Shown: one piece after another, positions 42,851-57,200 of the stretch | Layout of the letters: the number at the start of each line of letters is the position of its first letter | Position numbering within the stretch: position 1 is the stretch's first letter | Source of the DNA: the human T2T-CHM13v2.0 reference genome, Homo sapiens | Direction: 5' to 3' (one strand) | NCBI RefSeq assembly: GCF_009914755.1 | Contig: NC_060932.1 | DNA length: 64,000 nucleotides | Made by a program: the position numbers and the translations under genes | The notes under the pieces: model-generated | Database searches by the model: none | Told to the model about the DNA's origin: nothing | Seen by the model: only the letters and a program-made list of their open reading frames with translations

Positions 42851-45290
42851 AAACTAATTTGAAGGTTTAAAGTTTAAAATATCATGTACATAGTCATCAC
42901 ATGGAAAATTAGAAACTGTTGCACCTCTTTACATCTATTAACAGTTTAATATTGATTCTATTTTGAGTTGTTGGTCAAAACTCTCTTTGAAGTAATGAGA
43001 AAATAGGGGTCCAAATGGAGGCTCAACTCATTGGCTCAGAACTAAGTTTGAACAGCTGAACATTGGATACAGAATTCAGATATATAAACATTTAGTAATA
43101 GGGATCTGCCACAAAAACAGATAGTACAACAGATAGGCTGGGGGAAATGAGGTAATTTAGTAGCTGTTAAACTGTGCTTTATGCTGATGTATTTTCTACA
43201 AGGACAAAGGATTGTGTCCCCTACTTAAGGTTAACACTGGGGTTAGTTTGTGTTTTGGGACTGTGAGTGCCAAATAGGAAGAGAGCAAGTAGGAACACAT
43301 AACAAAAAATAAAAAATAGGGGCCCGAGAGCCAACTAATTCTTGATAACTGTGACAACTAGCATTTGGGTCTTTAACAGGAATTATTACAGAATGCTGTT
43401 GGGATTTATTCTAACCAATGGAATTATTTATTGGTCTATGTTATTAATTTCCATTTGATATTTTTTCAAAGCTATAAATGTAGCCCCAGGAAATAAGTAA
43501 GCATTTGGAAAGCCCAACTTATAATAGATGACGTTGTGGGAGAGTAAATATGCTTTAAAAATAGAACCAGATGGTACCAAAATTTCTGGTTGCTCTGAAG
43601 AATTCTGGCCTCCAGGCTCTATGGTTTTTTAAGTGGCAGGGACCAGGATCCTTAGTTCCCTATGCCATATTGAATCACGGAGGATGGCCCAGAGGAATTA
43701 GACTTATAAAGCTTTTGGTGAGGTATTATTCTGCCACACTCGGGCAGATTCAGTTAGGATTTGAAAATGAGTGAGACTCAGAGTCATCATGGGAAGCTAA
43801 AATAATAGTCAAAAACTTGCAGCCTTGTTTTGTATATGATTAAGTACAGCATAATACACCAGGAAGAAAAAAACACACACTATATAAACAGAAGACTCAA
43901 ATGACTGACTGTGTGTTCACCTGAATAAAGAAAAACCATCTCAGCTGGGAATGATCTCATAATAAGTAATAACCTAGCATTACATTTGTAGATGATGGAT
44001 CTTAACATGAGATTCATTTAAATTGTATTCTCTCTTTTACTCCATAATGTGTGTTTGTCCTACATCAAAAGGAATTTTAAGGATAAAATTCCCTCCATTT
44101 GCTTCCAAGGGCTCAGCTTTTCAAAACAGTCTGTTAAGAATCACTCAAACTCAGTGTAGATAAATAATCCAGACAAAGGAGAAGTATTTCAAAAACAACA
44201 ATAACAACAAAAAGAGCCCTTTAGAAATATTTATTTCAGACTTGTCTGAAAAACAGTTGCACTCCTTCCCTCCCCAAGATTGTATGCTATTTTTAGAATA
44301 CACAAACATTTCTAACTTTGTCATTTGTGTATGGAATTGAAATATGTTTTCAAAGATGTTTTAAAGTGATAATATAGCTATTAGGACAGAAATAAATAAA
44401 TGTAGAATTGCAGTCAGAGGCAAAGTGCTGCAAGTTTTGGGAGGACAAGAGAGAGGTTAAAAACGTTAGTTTACTGTTTGATAAATGCAGGATTTAGTGT
44501 TAAGAAAATATAACCTGGATTTCACAAATTATTTTGCTTTTAAAGATATTTTTTCAGCACTAAGCTTAGAAACGCCAACTATAATACAATATCTTGTTGC
44601 AAATTATAATTTTAAGTGGTGAACAAAACTGCAATAACTTTGGTATTCCAACTAGAAGACAATTAGAGCTTCGTGTAATCTTTTGAAATGTTCCCCAAAA
44701 CTAAGTTGGCCCTGATATTTTAGCTTTCATAATGAATGGCCCCTTACAAATAAAATTATAATGATCTTCATAGTGATTGATCTAAAAGTGGCACTGGCAG
44801 TGTTGTTTGACTCAGTCATTTTAAAATTAGGCTTCCTGAGCCTTATGTATTAATAAACAACCTTAGTTATTTTTATAGCAGTCCTAGAAGACAAAATATT
44901 GTTGGGAATGACCAAAAATCTGTACACAATTGCTTGTAATAATATTACATTAAATGAGAAAGCAGTGGGAAATCATGGCATGCTTTTGAACCATACACAT
45001 CAACCAAGTATTTACAGATCTTAAATACAGTGTTTGTTGGGGATTGAACTAAGGGTTGGCAGTGTCTGGAAATAGAAGAAACTTTTTCCCACCTTTGCTG
45101 CTGAGAGTCTGATGGAGCAGGATTTGTTTCTGTATTTCTGAGCTTCTGTTTACCACTTGTTAAATAATATTTTCTTGCTGAAAGATTTGGTCACAAGAGT
45201 GTTAAGAATATGATTGTGAGGAACTTAGCAATAATGAGAAGAAGTGAATTCCAAAGGATTCACAACTTCTGTTTCTTGTTTCTCTTTCAG

Positions 45291-45397
45291 GGAATATGGG
45301 TCAGTACATATGTATTTACAATATGCTTTGCTGCCAATGTGGGACTGCTGTTTGGTGTTGTTTGTACCATAGCTATAGTGATAGGACGCTTCCCAAG
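45291..45397 (+). CDS. SLC26A7: SLC26A7 coding exon (probable exon 12), 107 nt, phase 0-2, [35 protein letters not shown](R)
   Basis: tctctttcag| acceptor and AAG|gtagga donor; last TM hairpin. Confidence 0.97.
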
Positions 45398-46409
45398 GTA
45401 GGATCCTATGTAAATGCTCTGTTTATTTTTGCACAGCAGCAAAATACATGGTTACTTGCCATATGGTACTTGCTAGTTACTTTTATTTCTCTGTAACATA
45501 TAGTACTACAATCTCATGTTTTTCTTGCTGTCAGAAAACTAGAGACAAACAGATAAGAAAATGTTTTATCTGCATATGATATTTAACAATGCTGATCTTA
45601 ATGAAGATAAATAGCTTATCAACGTGATAAAATAGAATATATAAACTCTTAAAATAAATAAACCCCTTGGCCTTATACTGCATCAGAGAGAGATTTCTTT
45701 AAATTAAGTGAAAAGAGTTAGTAGCTAATGATCACAAACCATTTCACAATATATTTAGAAAATTAAATAACTTCAGAAAATTTTATTTTTCAGAAGTCAG
45801 ATTAATCTATTTTCTAGATAATTTATTGAGAAACACACTGTCTCTTTTTGTCATTTTACTATAAATTTATAAATCATTTCCCTAGTCTGACCAATTCTTT
45901 TTCTGCTTTACAAAGTATTCTTGTGGGAATAATGTTTCTATTTACTTCACATCCATCTTTCCCTTAAAGCTGTTTGTGAAATAATGTATTCTAAAAAATG
46001 TTGTTTTATCTCTATAGAGTCTTTCTTTATAGAATTTATATATTCAGATTCAATACTATCCAGTCCTATCTTGCCATTGATTCTTTCTTTTCTTGCTTTT
46101 CATTAAAACAATATTTTATCAATACTGCATAATCTCTTGCCTTTTCTCTTTTAAAATTCTTCTTTACTAATCCACATCTAGTAGCTTGGAGAGATGGGGC
46201 TCTATTTATATGCCTCTGTTGTTAACCTCTATCCCCGAATATCCCAGAGATATATAGATTCACCAATGTCCTCTTATGAACAAATGAGTTATAGGATATA
46301 AATCATCTCAGACACATTCTAGTTATTAAATGACTACTTTTGGTTTCTTCATTGTTTATATAATGATTAGGAAATGACTTGTTTTATTTTCTATCTGCTT
46401 TAATTTCAG

Positions 46410-46476
46410 AGCAATGACTGTAAGTATAAAAAATATGAAAGAAATGGAATTTAAAGTGAAGACAGAAATGGACAGT
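46410..46476 (+). CDS. SLC26A7: SLC26A7 coding exon (probable exon 13), 67 nt, phase 2-0, [22 protein letters not shown]
   Basis: atttcag| acceptor and AGT|gtaagt donor; completes the AG+A Arg codon. Confidence 0.94.
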
Positions 46477-48149
46477 GTAAGTTTAGTTTTATTTTTCCTT
46501 TATGCAATTGTTAATCATTTTGTGGGTGAGATAATTTTAAGACATCACAAAAATTAGATAAATTATGATAGTTAAAAATATAACTTTTTAATTAGTATAA
46601 ACTTCCAGTGGTACATATGTGATCACAATATATGTGGCAAACTACATGCAACAAATCAATAGAACAAAAGAAAATCTCTTTGGATTCAGCATTCAGACAA
46701 AAGCATAGCATGGTACCTAGAACTACAGTTCACTGTAGAATCATGGCATTTGGACACCTCTTTTCCATTACTGAGTTGCATAAAGTAATCAAACTAAACT
46801 GATAGTCTATTCTGAATTAAATCATGGAGGAAGATAGGAAATAGGAAAGGGAATGAAGCAAATTTGGTTCATGGTATTGTTTTTTTTTTTTTTTTCTTAA
46901 CTCAGTCAATGAGACTGTATGTTAGCAGAGGGTAATTCAGTCCAATGGCTACAGAATGCCAATAGAATTGGTTTCTTACACAGTGGGTACCTTTTTAAGG
47001 ACACAACTTGTATAAACAGTTTTGCTCTGCTCATGCTTAGGAAAGCCAATTGATTATGTCTTAATTGTAGTTTGTTGTTCTAAGGGATGACTATAACAGT
47101 TTAAAGTGAGGGTAAAATTGTTGACTTGAAATATTTTTGCCAATTAAAGAAAATTGCCCTCATTTTGAACCTGCTTTGTAAATGTTTGGCTAACCTTTTT
47201 CCGTTTATTTTTCACATACACTTGGTTTCAGTATCTCATAATTTCCCTAAGGACAGAGTAAACTGGCCTCCCACCAGAAGGACCAGAGTCAGGGTATTTC
47301 CAAATAGACTGGAAGTAGAAAGTAGCATCAGGAACCCTCTGCGGCACCCAAGGGAATGGCTTATGTTTTTAATACTATGGACAGATTTGTTTCACAGAAT
47401 GCTATTTGGGTTCAGAGCCTTCCAGGGTGTTCTAGGCTCAAGTTTTCCACCAACTTTGCCTTTCTTTTCTTTCCTTATTTTTTCCATGGGAATTTAGTGC
47501 TTGTGCAAAGCCCCAGACTGACTTTTGGGCCCCTGAAGTCCCCTGTGTATCCACACCACAAGTACACATGTATTAGCCCTGATCTCCTTAGCTTTGAGAC
47601 TGAATTTGGCTTTGGATTTGACTATTTTCAGCTTAAAAATCACTGTTTAATAAATTCTATCTAATCCTTAACTTCTTCTTGGGCTAAACATGTACAGAAG
47701 TGAATGAGGGGATTTGTAGGAAGATGAAAATGCTAGAAATTTCTCCACATGTTTAAGTCTTGATTGGTTTCTGTCTATTCACTGACCTGAATAATAACTG
47801 TTTCACATGGAGATTTTAATTTTACTATAATATTACATCTCTCTAATTATTCAATGTTTTGTATAAAAAATAAGAGGGAGAAAACTAAGATAAAGCAAGA
47901 TTTGAATATAAGTTCTTAGGTGGAATTTTCAGCTAAATTAAAATAATCTGTCATTTATCTTTTCCATTTATGCACTCTTCCATCTCTTCATGTGAAATGA
48001 CCCTTCCTGATTTGAGAGATCTCTTCCCACTCAGTGAATTCAACCCCACTGATAATTTCTTTTCTAGAACAATTTGAATATCTATTCTTTAACAAATACA
48101 TTTTTTTTCATATTAACTTAAAACAACACATTGGCACAATTATGTAGTG

Positions 48150-48369
48150 CAGGGTTGTCCAATCTTTTGGCTTCCCTGGGCCACACTGGAAGAAGAATTG
48201 TCTTGGGCCACACATAAAATACACTAACACTAATGATAGTTGATAAACTAAACAAAAATTGCAAAAAAGTCTCATAATGTTTTAAGAAAGTTTATGAATT
48301 TGTATTGGGCTGCATTCAAAGCCATCCTAGGTGGCATGTGGCTCACAGGCCATGGGTTGGACAAGTTTG
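48150..48369 (+). mobile_element. MER30 hAT-Charlie MITE
   Basis: cagggttgtccaatcttttggcttccctgggccaca ... gggttggacaagtttg; degenerate 8-bp TSD atgtagtg/acatagtg. Confidence 0.88.
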
Positions 48370-49516
48370 ACATAGTGTGATTAGAGGGTCAGGCTAAGCT
48401 TTGGTGCTTTGGGATGACTAATATGACAGGCCTAAGAGTTCATTGTTATTTTTTGTTTCTAAGAGGTTTACTCTTGTCTGAACATTAGTTTGGCAACTTA
48501 AGGTTTGTTTGTTTTCTTGAGTTATTTGTTGCAAATCTCCTCACTTTGCAAAGTTCAATCAGTTTTGTAACTATAGGAACTTTTTGAGATTTTCTAGTTT
48601 AAACATTTATCTCATTTTTGGAAATGAGGGAACTGAGAGAAGTTAAATGAATTGTCCAAATTAGCATACTTAATATTTTCTTTCTTTCATACTTCTATCC
48701 TCTGTCTGTATGCATCGCTATTCTTTGCATCTCCTCTTCTATGGAAGTAAAGCCTGAAAGAATATTGCTTTACTTAGTTGGTAAGGAGTTGTCATTTTGT
48801 AGAATTTACCCTCCTGTCTATTTCTAGGCCAGCCACTTGCCCCAAAGGTCATAGAGAAGACTGTTTTAGTTGCACATCACCAAGTGACGGGAAAATGGCC
48901 AAAGCGGACATGTTTTGTGTCAAAACTTTTCCTTCTTCCTTTCTATATTGCTCACCACATCCTGGCAATCCAGTTCCTAGGCCTGCCCAAAGTGAAATTA
49001 TATTCCTAATACTACCTCTAGGTCTCTGTCTTCAAATTAGGACTGTTAATCACTTGTAAAGTTATATTTCAGCTGAAGGAAAGCTATGTCATTATGAAGC
49101 AAATGACTCATGGTTGACCCTTTATAACACATTTTCATTAAAAAAATACTGATGGTTAAGTAAATTAATTTTTAATTGGTAGATTGAATGAAAGAGATAC
49201 TTTTGAAAGGATAGGACTTCCTGGAACTCTTTGGATAGTCTAGGCTACTGCCTCCTGAAAAACCAGCTAGGAGGAATAAGGGCCACTTTCTGAAAAGCTG
49301 CCAACCTTTCTTGCCATTATTAATGTTTCTTAGTAAGCAGGAAGTATATATTTCCCCTAAGGAAGTGTGATAGTACATTAAGGCCTCTAAATACATTTTA
49401 GTAATAAAAATGTTAATTGAGAGATTGCTTATAAAATTGAGTGACATTTAGATCTGATTGTTTATTGGCTATAATTTTCTATTTAGAGTTCTGAATCTGT
49501 TTTTCTCCTCCAAAAG

Positions 49517-49654
49517 GAAACCCTGCAGCAGGTGAAAATTATCTCAATAAACAACCCGCTTGTTTTCCTGAATGCAAAAAAATTTTATACTGATTTAATG
49601 AACATGATCCAAAAGGAAAATGCCTGTAATCAGCCACTTGATGATATCAGCAAG
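49517..49654 (+). CDS. SLC26A7: SLC26A7 coding exon (probable exon 14), 138 nt, phase 0-0, start of STAS domain: [46 protein letters not shown]
   Basis: ctccaaaag| acceptor and AAG|gtagga donor; STAS PLxFxNA motif. Confidence 0.95.
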
Positions 49655-49899
49655 GTAGGATCAATGGTTTGATTAGAATGTCATACTACATGTAGCCTTA
49701 TATCATGACAATAAAACATGTATCAAGTAAATAATAATACATCACACGAGTATTTCGAGACCTCTCCCTTCAGCAAAACCTATGATTATTTGATTATTTT
49801 AGTTAATTTTTAGGTAATCACTCTCTTGTTCATTCTTCATTTATTCAGTATATATTTAATGGACATGTGTTGCAGGTACTACAGCACTAAAAAGAATAA

Positions 49900-50244
<345 letters not shown>

Positions 50245-50484
50245 GAAAGGATCTTTTCTTTAAACAAAAAAGGCATTAGATTTAACTCTAAACGTGATAG
50301 AATATGATAAATGACTTCAGAGACGCATAAACTGTTGCAATCATTTTAATAATTTTATTATAATGTTCCAGAATTCTTTATCTCCATTTATACTGTCAAT
50401 TAACAGTGATATTGAATCAAATGTGCATCAATATGATTTAATATAAATAAGCTATCTATTATCATTTGAATCCTTAAGCCTCTG

Positions 50485-50680
50485 TAATGTTAGGAGTGTG
50501 GACTTTGAGGCCAACTGCCTGGGTATGCCACTTACTAGCTGTGGAACTTTGACTTGTTGAATCTTTGTTCTTCAGTTTTCTCACATGTAATTGAGATGAT
50601 TAAATGAGTTAATAAAGGCAAAGCACTTAGAATAGTGTTTGGCCTACTCAACACTATAACATCTTAGTTAGCATTATTAG
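50485..50680. mobile_element. MIR SINE
   Basis: gactttgagg...cacttactagctgtg...gattaaatgagttaat...aagcacttagaatagtg. Confidence 0.7.
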
Positions 50681-50917
50681 TTTGGTTGACTACTGTCTCC
50701 ATGAAGCTTTCCTTGACTCCTCTAGATCACAGGATCTCTTCTTTTTCTTGTGTCCTCGAGCTACTTATCCCCCAGTCATTTAGGTACACAGAAGATCTTG
50801 ACCCTCCCATTTCTGATGTCTTAGGAGCTGTCCTGAGCCACATTCCTGTCCCTTACAGCTTCACACTTCTGCCTTTGGGCCTTACCCTAATTTGTACCAT
50901 AGAAACCTTATATACAG

Positions 50918-51050
50918 GATCAGATACGTAATTTACAGGGGCTCAGTGCAAAATGAAAATGTGAGGTCTCCTGTTCAACAATTATTAAGGATTTCAAGAT
51001 GGTGACAGAAGATCATTAAGCCAGATGGGAGATCCTTCTAAGAGTGGGCC
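50918..51050. mobile_element. MER91-like hAT-Tip100 element
   Basis: taatttacaggggctcagtgcaaaatgaaaatgtgagg resembles MER91. Confidence 0.55.
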
Positions 51051-51054
51051 CCTT

Positions 51055-51340
51055 TTGTGAGAAAAACTATAGAGGTAAAGTGCCCTTCTCATCACACTGT
51101 ATCAAGGGTACCTACAATCAACATGATTTATCAACATGTTTACTCTACCTTGATCACCTGGATAAGGGAGTGTTTGCCAGGTTTCTACACTGTAAAGTGA
51201 TTCCATTGTCTCTATTCTGTGCTCTCTGGAAGAAAGTCACTGTGTGCAGCCTACACTTAAGAAGCGTGGAATTATGATCCACCACCTTAAGGGTCGAATA
51301 TCTACATAAATTATTTTGAAATTCTTTTGCAAGGGAGATT
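51055..51340 (-). mobile_element. Old L1MC/MD 3' fragment
   Basis: agaggtaaagtgcc...ccttgatcacctgg...gtgtttgccaggtttctacactgtaaagt. Confidence 0.65.
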
Positions 51341-51348
51341 TCAGATGA

Positions 51349-51660
<312 letters not shown>

Positions 51661-52721
51661 CAGATGAGGTATTTTTAAGAGGAGGGAAAGGAAACTCAGG
51701 TTCACTGAATATCTCTCAGGGGCCAGTCCCTTTAATCAGGCTAACTTAATCATCACCAGCCCTGAGATGTAAGTGGCATTACCTGAATGTTACATAAAAA
51801 GGGAGGTAGAAATAGAGAGAGATAAAATAACCAGATGGAAATTGTATAGCTGATAACTGTAAGTCAGGCTTAAAATACATACGCTGTAGCACTGGCTATA
51901 AAGAAGAGAAAACACGGGCTCTCTAGTCAGCCTTTAAGATAAAAACTGATCTCGTGAGAGAAGCAGAGTAATGTAGTGGCTGGGAACAAGAGGCTTGGAA
52001 TTGGAAGGGCATGAACTTTGGTTTTAACCCATGCTCTTACTAGTTTTGTGACTTTGCTGAAGTTATTTAACCTTTCTAATCTTTGACTCTTTCATATAAA
52101 AAATAAAATTTATAACTTCATATGCTTGTTCTGAGGATTAAATGGTTAGTGTGAAGTCCTTGGCATATAGTGACGAGTGAAGAAATATCAACTGCTATTA
52201 ATATGATTAACAAAAATAGCAATAATACATTATTTGAGAAATAGCAGATGATCTCCTTAGAGGCATCAATTATTGTCAGACAAGATTAACTGTAGGATAC
52301 AGAGCTGTTTTTTTTTTTTAATCCAGCATTTTCATGTAGTGGTAGTATATATGATCAGTGGTTCTCTCTCTTAAAATGCAATGTTAATAAAGATGATTTC
52401 TGATTGAATATGCTACTTAAAAAATGTGCAAATGTTTAATTTCTAATCCAAAATCAAAACAAACTTAGTTTTGCAGAAAATATTCTAAAGAAGACAGTCT
52501 GATAACATAAATTATTTAATGAATTGCTGTATACTTAGAATTAATTATTTTATTATTTCATAGTTTGTTTTATACATTATTCTGAAAAGAATGCTAGTGA
52601 AAAACAATTTTGGAGATGAGTTTTTTTGTTATTCTTTATAAGTAAAAGAATTATGTGATTTTTTTCAGACAGAAGTAAAATTTTATAACATTTTTCTTCT
52701 TTATGTTTGTTTTTATTTTAG

Positions 52722-52770
52722 TGTGAACAAAACACATTGCTTAATTCCCTATCCAATGGCAACTGCAATG
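52722..52770 (+). CDS. SLC26A7: SLC26A7 coding exon (probable exon 15), 49 nt, phase 0-1, CEQNTLLNSLSNGNCN (STAS variable loop)
   Basis: Long U-rich tract + ttttag| acceptor and ATG|gtgagt donor; in frame. No next exon was found before the window ends. Confidence 0.93.
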
Positions 52771-52835
52771 GTGAGTTAGCTTTAAGGAAAAAGAAAATCT
52801 AAGTGTTTACCTTGAAGATAGACCAGAGAATAAAA

Positions 52836-53328
52836 TCTTCTTCCCCTTCTCCTCCTCATCTGCCTCCCTCTTCTGTTCTTCTTCTTTTTCTCTCCTAATT
52901 GTCCTCTTCCCTCTACTCTCCTCCTCCCTTCTACTGGCGTTAGCTTGAGCTTATGTTACCAAATAAGCACTAATACTTTTATCTGCAGAAAACAGATTTA
53001 GCCATTTGGCTCCTTCTCCCTTCTCTTTCTTTCTCCCACTTCTTCTCCTGTCTTCTCCCTCTCTCCTTCACTTCTGGTCTTCTTTCTCTTCCTCCTCTCT
53101 CTTCTTCTTTCCTTCTTTTTTTTTTCTATTTTCTCCTTCTCCTTTCTCTCTTTATTCTTTTCTTCCTTTTTCTCTTTACTTCTTCCTCTTCCCTGTTCTC
53201 TCTTCAATCTCCTCCTCCCATTTTCTTTCTTTTCTTCTTCCCTCCTCTCTCCTTTTCCCTCTCTTTCTTCTTCCTCCTCTCCCACCTCTTTTCCTTTTCT
53301 CTCCTCTTTCCTCTCCTTCTTCTTTTCA
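52836..53328. repeat. CT-rich polypyrimidine low-complexity tract interrupted by a ~70-bp insert
   Basis: Almost pure C/T on the + strand except 52934-53010. Confidence 0.93.
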
Positions 53329-54204
53329 TTTACTTAAACATTTGAACCACAAATTGAAATTCATGGCATTAGTGTAGTTTTAATATGGATGAGGATTTAT
53401 CATGAAATATATCTTTGAATACATTTTGGATCTCCACCCAAAACAAACTAGCACTTTAAAGCTATTACATGTTCAGATTTACCTGAAAAATCAGGTGACA
53501 AGAACAAATATTTTGATGGTGGATGCTTGTTAAATTACCAGGTCAATATTCTCTAGAAGTTTAATTATCTTTCTTTGCAAACTCATCAATTGATGTGACC
53601 GTTGTCTCAGTATAGAGAAAATTAAAAGATATACAAGAAAATATGAATGAGAAGTGTTGTGATATTATAACTAAATGATAAAAGAGTTGAATTGAAACAG
53701 ATTTGTATATTTATCTTTTGATATTTACTAAGATTAAAGCATCAGTGTAGTTAAATTATTCATAATTGTGACTTTTATTTAATATAAAAGGTTATACAAA
53801 AATCTCTTATTTTTTGTGTCATGCAATATTTGCTTAGCCAATTTCTTCTAAGTAGGTAGAGATAACAGTGATTTTTATTGGAAATCTTTGACAGATATCT
53901 AGTTGTATTACTTTTTATTTTGAATTTTTGGAAATAATTTTAGTTACAAATGTGTTAGATTTTTAAAAATGTTACTAATGGAATGACATCTATTACTTTA
54001 AACATATGCTTCAAAATAACTATGTTCTTTTTAGCATGGAGCTAAAGAAATAACATGATTTTTAAAAGAATGAAATAGCATTATACATTTTTCTGTTATT
54101 AGATCACAAGTTTGAAGAAATAGGTTGATGCTGAAAATTCAGGGTGAAAACTGGATTTTTTAACTTCCCTTTTTCTTATTAATAAGAGGAAGTCAATTAT
54201 GGAT

Positions 54205-57200
54205 CTATTTTTTAAATTTACTTTAAATAATTTTTATTTTATTGTAGATTCAGGGGAGACGTGCAGGATGATTACACTGGTATATTGAAAATAGTACCCA
54301 ATAAGTAGTTTTTCAACTTTCTCCTCATTTCCTACCCTCCCTACTTTTGGAGTTCCCAGTGTCTATTATTTCTATTTATATGTCCATGTGTACTTATTGC
54401 TTAGCTCCCACTTATAAGTGAGAACATCTGGTATTTGGTTTTCTATTTCTGAATTAATTCACTTAAAATAATGACCTCCAGCTCCATCCATGTTGCTGCA
54501 AAAGACATAATTTCATTCTTTTCTATGGCTGTGTAATATTCCATCGTGTATATATAGTACATTTTCTTTATCCAGTCCATCTAGGTTGATTCTATGACTT
54601 TTCTATTGTGAATAGTACTGTGATAAACATAAGACTGCAGGAGTTTCTTTGATAAAATGATTTCTTTTCCTCTGGGTAGATACCCAGTAGTGGGATTGCT
54701 AGGTTGAATGGTAGTTCTATTTTTAGTTCTTTGAGAAATCTCCATACCGTTTTCCATGGTGGAGGGCAGGGTTTGAACTAATTTACATTCCCACCTACAG
54801 TGTGTAACCATTTCCTTTTCTCCATATACTTACCAACATCTGTTAGTTTTTGACTTTCTAATAATAGCCTTTCTGACTGGTGTGAGATGGTATCTGATTT
54901 GATTTTGATTTGCATTTCTCTGATGATTAATGATGTTGAGCATTTTTCATGTTTGTTGGTCGCATGTATGTCTTCTTTTGAGAAGTGTCTGTTAATGTCC
55001 TTTGCTCACTTTTTAGTGGGGTTATTTTCTTTTTCTCATTGAAGTTCAAATTCCTTATAGATTCTAAATATTAGTCCTTTGTTGGATGCATGGTTTGTAC
55101 ATATCTTTTCCCATTCTCTAGGTTGTCTGTTTAATCTGTTGGTTGTTTCTTTTGCTGTGCAGAAGGCCTCTAGTTTAACTAAGCCCCATTTGTCTACTTT
55201 TGTTTTTGTTGCATTTGTTTTGAGATCATAGTCATAAATCTTTTGCTTACACCAATGTCCAGAAGAGTTTTTCCTAGGTTTTCTTCTAGAATTTTTATAG
55301 TTTCACGTCTTATATTTAAGTCGTTAATCCATCTTGAGTTAATTTTTGTATATGATGGAAGTAAGGGTGTAGTTTCATTTGCCTGCATGTGGCTAGCCAG
55401 TTTTCCCAGCACCATTTTTGAATAAGCAATCCTTTCTTCATTTTTAATATTTGTTAATATCATTGAGGATCAATTGGTTATAGGTATGTGGATTTATTTC
55501 TGGATTCTCTATTCTGTTCCATTGATCTATGTATCTGTTTTTGTACCAGTACCATGCTTTTTTGGTTACTATAGCCTTGAAGTATAGTTTAAAGTTGGAT
55601 AATGTGAAGCTTCCAGCTTTATTCTTTTCCCTTTAGGGTTGCTTGCCTATTTTAGCTCTATTTTGGTTCCATATGAAGTTTTGAATTATTTTTTCTATTT
55701 TTGTGAAAAGTGATATAATGTGTTAGGAATTGTATTGGATCTGTAGATTGTTTTGAGTGGTAGTAATTTTAATGACATGGATTCTTCATTTCCATGACCA
55801 TGGGATGTTTTTCCATTTGTTTGTGTCATCTGCAATTTCTTTCATCAGTGTTTTGTAGTTCTACTTGTAGAGGCCTTTCACGTCCTTGTGTAAATGTGTT
55901 CCTAGGTATTTTATTTTTTTGTGGCAGTTGTAAATAGGATTGAGTTCTTGATTTGGTCTTTCAGCTTCAGCTTTGTTGGTGTACATAAATGCAACAGATT
56001 CTGTGCATTAATTTTGTATCCTGAAACTTTACTGAGTCATTCATTAGTTCCAGAAACCTTTTGGTAGAGTCTTCAGAGTTTTCTAGGTATAGAATTGTAT
56101 CATTTGTGAAGACAGATAGTTTGACTTCTTCTCTTCCTATTTGGATATTTTTTATTTCTTTCTCCTGCCTTATTTCTCTGGCTAGCACTTCCAGTACTAT
56201 GTTGAATAGGAGTGGTGAGAGTGGGCATCCTTGTGTTGTTCCAGTTCTTAAGGGGAATACTGTCAGTCTTTGCCATTCAGTATGATTTTGGAGATGGGTT
56301 TGTTGTAGATTGCTTTTATTATTTTGATGTATGTTCCTTTAATACCTAATTTGTTGAGGGTTTGTGTCGTGAAGGGATGTTGGATTTTACTGAATATTTT
56401 TTCTGAATTTATTAAGATAATCACATGGCTTTTGTTTTTAATTCTGTCTATGTGGTGAACCACATTTATTGATTTATAAATGTTGAACCATCCTTGTGTC
56501 CCTGGAATAAAACCCACTTGATCATAATGAATTTTTGTTTTTGATGTGCTGCTGCATTCACTTTGCTAGTATTTTGTTGAAAATTTTTGTGTCTTTGTTC
56601 ATCAGGGATATTGGCCTTTAGTACTACTTTTTTATTGTGTCCTTACCAGATTTTGGCATCAGGATGACACTGGTTTCAAAGAATGAGTTAGAGAGGACTC
56701 TCTCTTCCTCAACTTTTTGGAATAGTTTCAATGAGCTTGGCACTAGCTCTTCATTGTATGTCTGGTAGAATTAGCCTGTGAATCCATCTGGTCCTGGACT
56801 TCTTTTTGGTTGGTAGTTTTTTTTATTATGAATAAATCTCATAATTCTTTATTGGTCTGATTAGGATTTCAATGTCTTCCTGGTTCAATCTTGGGAGGTT
56901 GTATGTTTCCAGGAATTTATCCATTTCCTCTTTGTTTTCTAGTTTGTGTGCATGGAGATGGTCACAGTAGTCTCTGAAGATCTCCTGGATTTCTGTGCTA
57001 TCAGTTGTGATGTCACCTTTACCATTTCTCATTGTGCTTATTTGAATCTTCTCTCTTTTTTTTCTTTTGGTTTATCTAGCTAATAGTCTATTAATTTTGT
57101 TTAGCCTTTCAAAGAACTATTGTTTCATTTCTCCTTGGTATTTTTTTTGTCTCAATTTCATTTAGTTGTACTCTCATTTTTGTTATTTCTTTTCATCTGC

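Noticed and set aside
52998-53377. E/K/R-rich and S/F/L/P-rich ORFs
   Set aside because: Artefacts of the CT low-complexity tract, which lacks stop codons.
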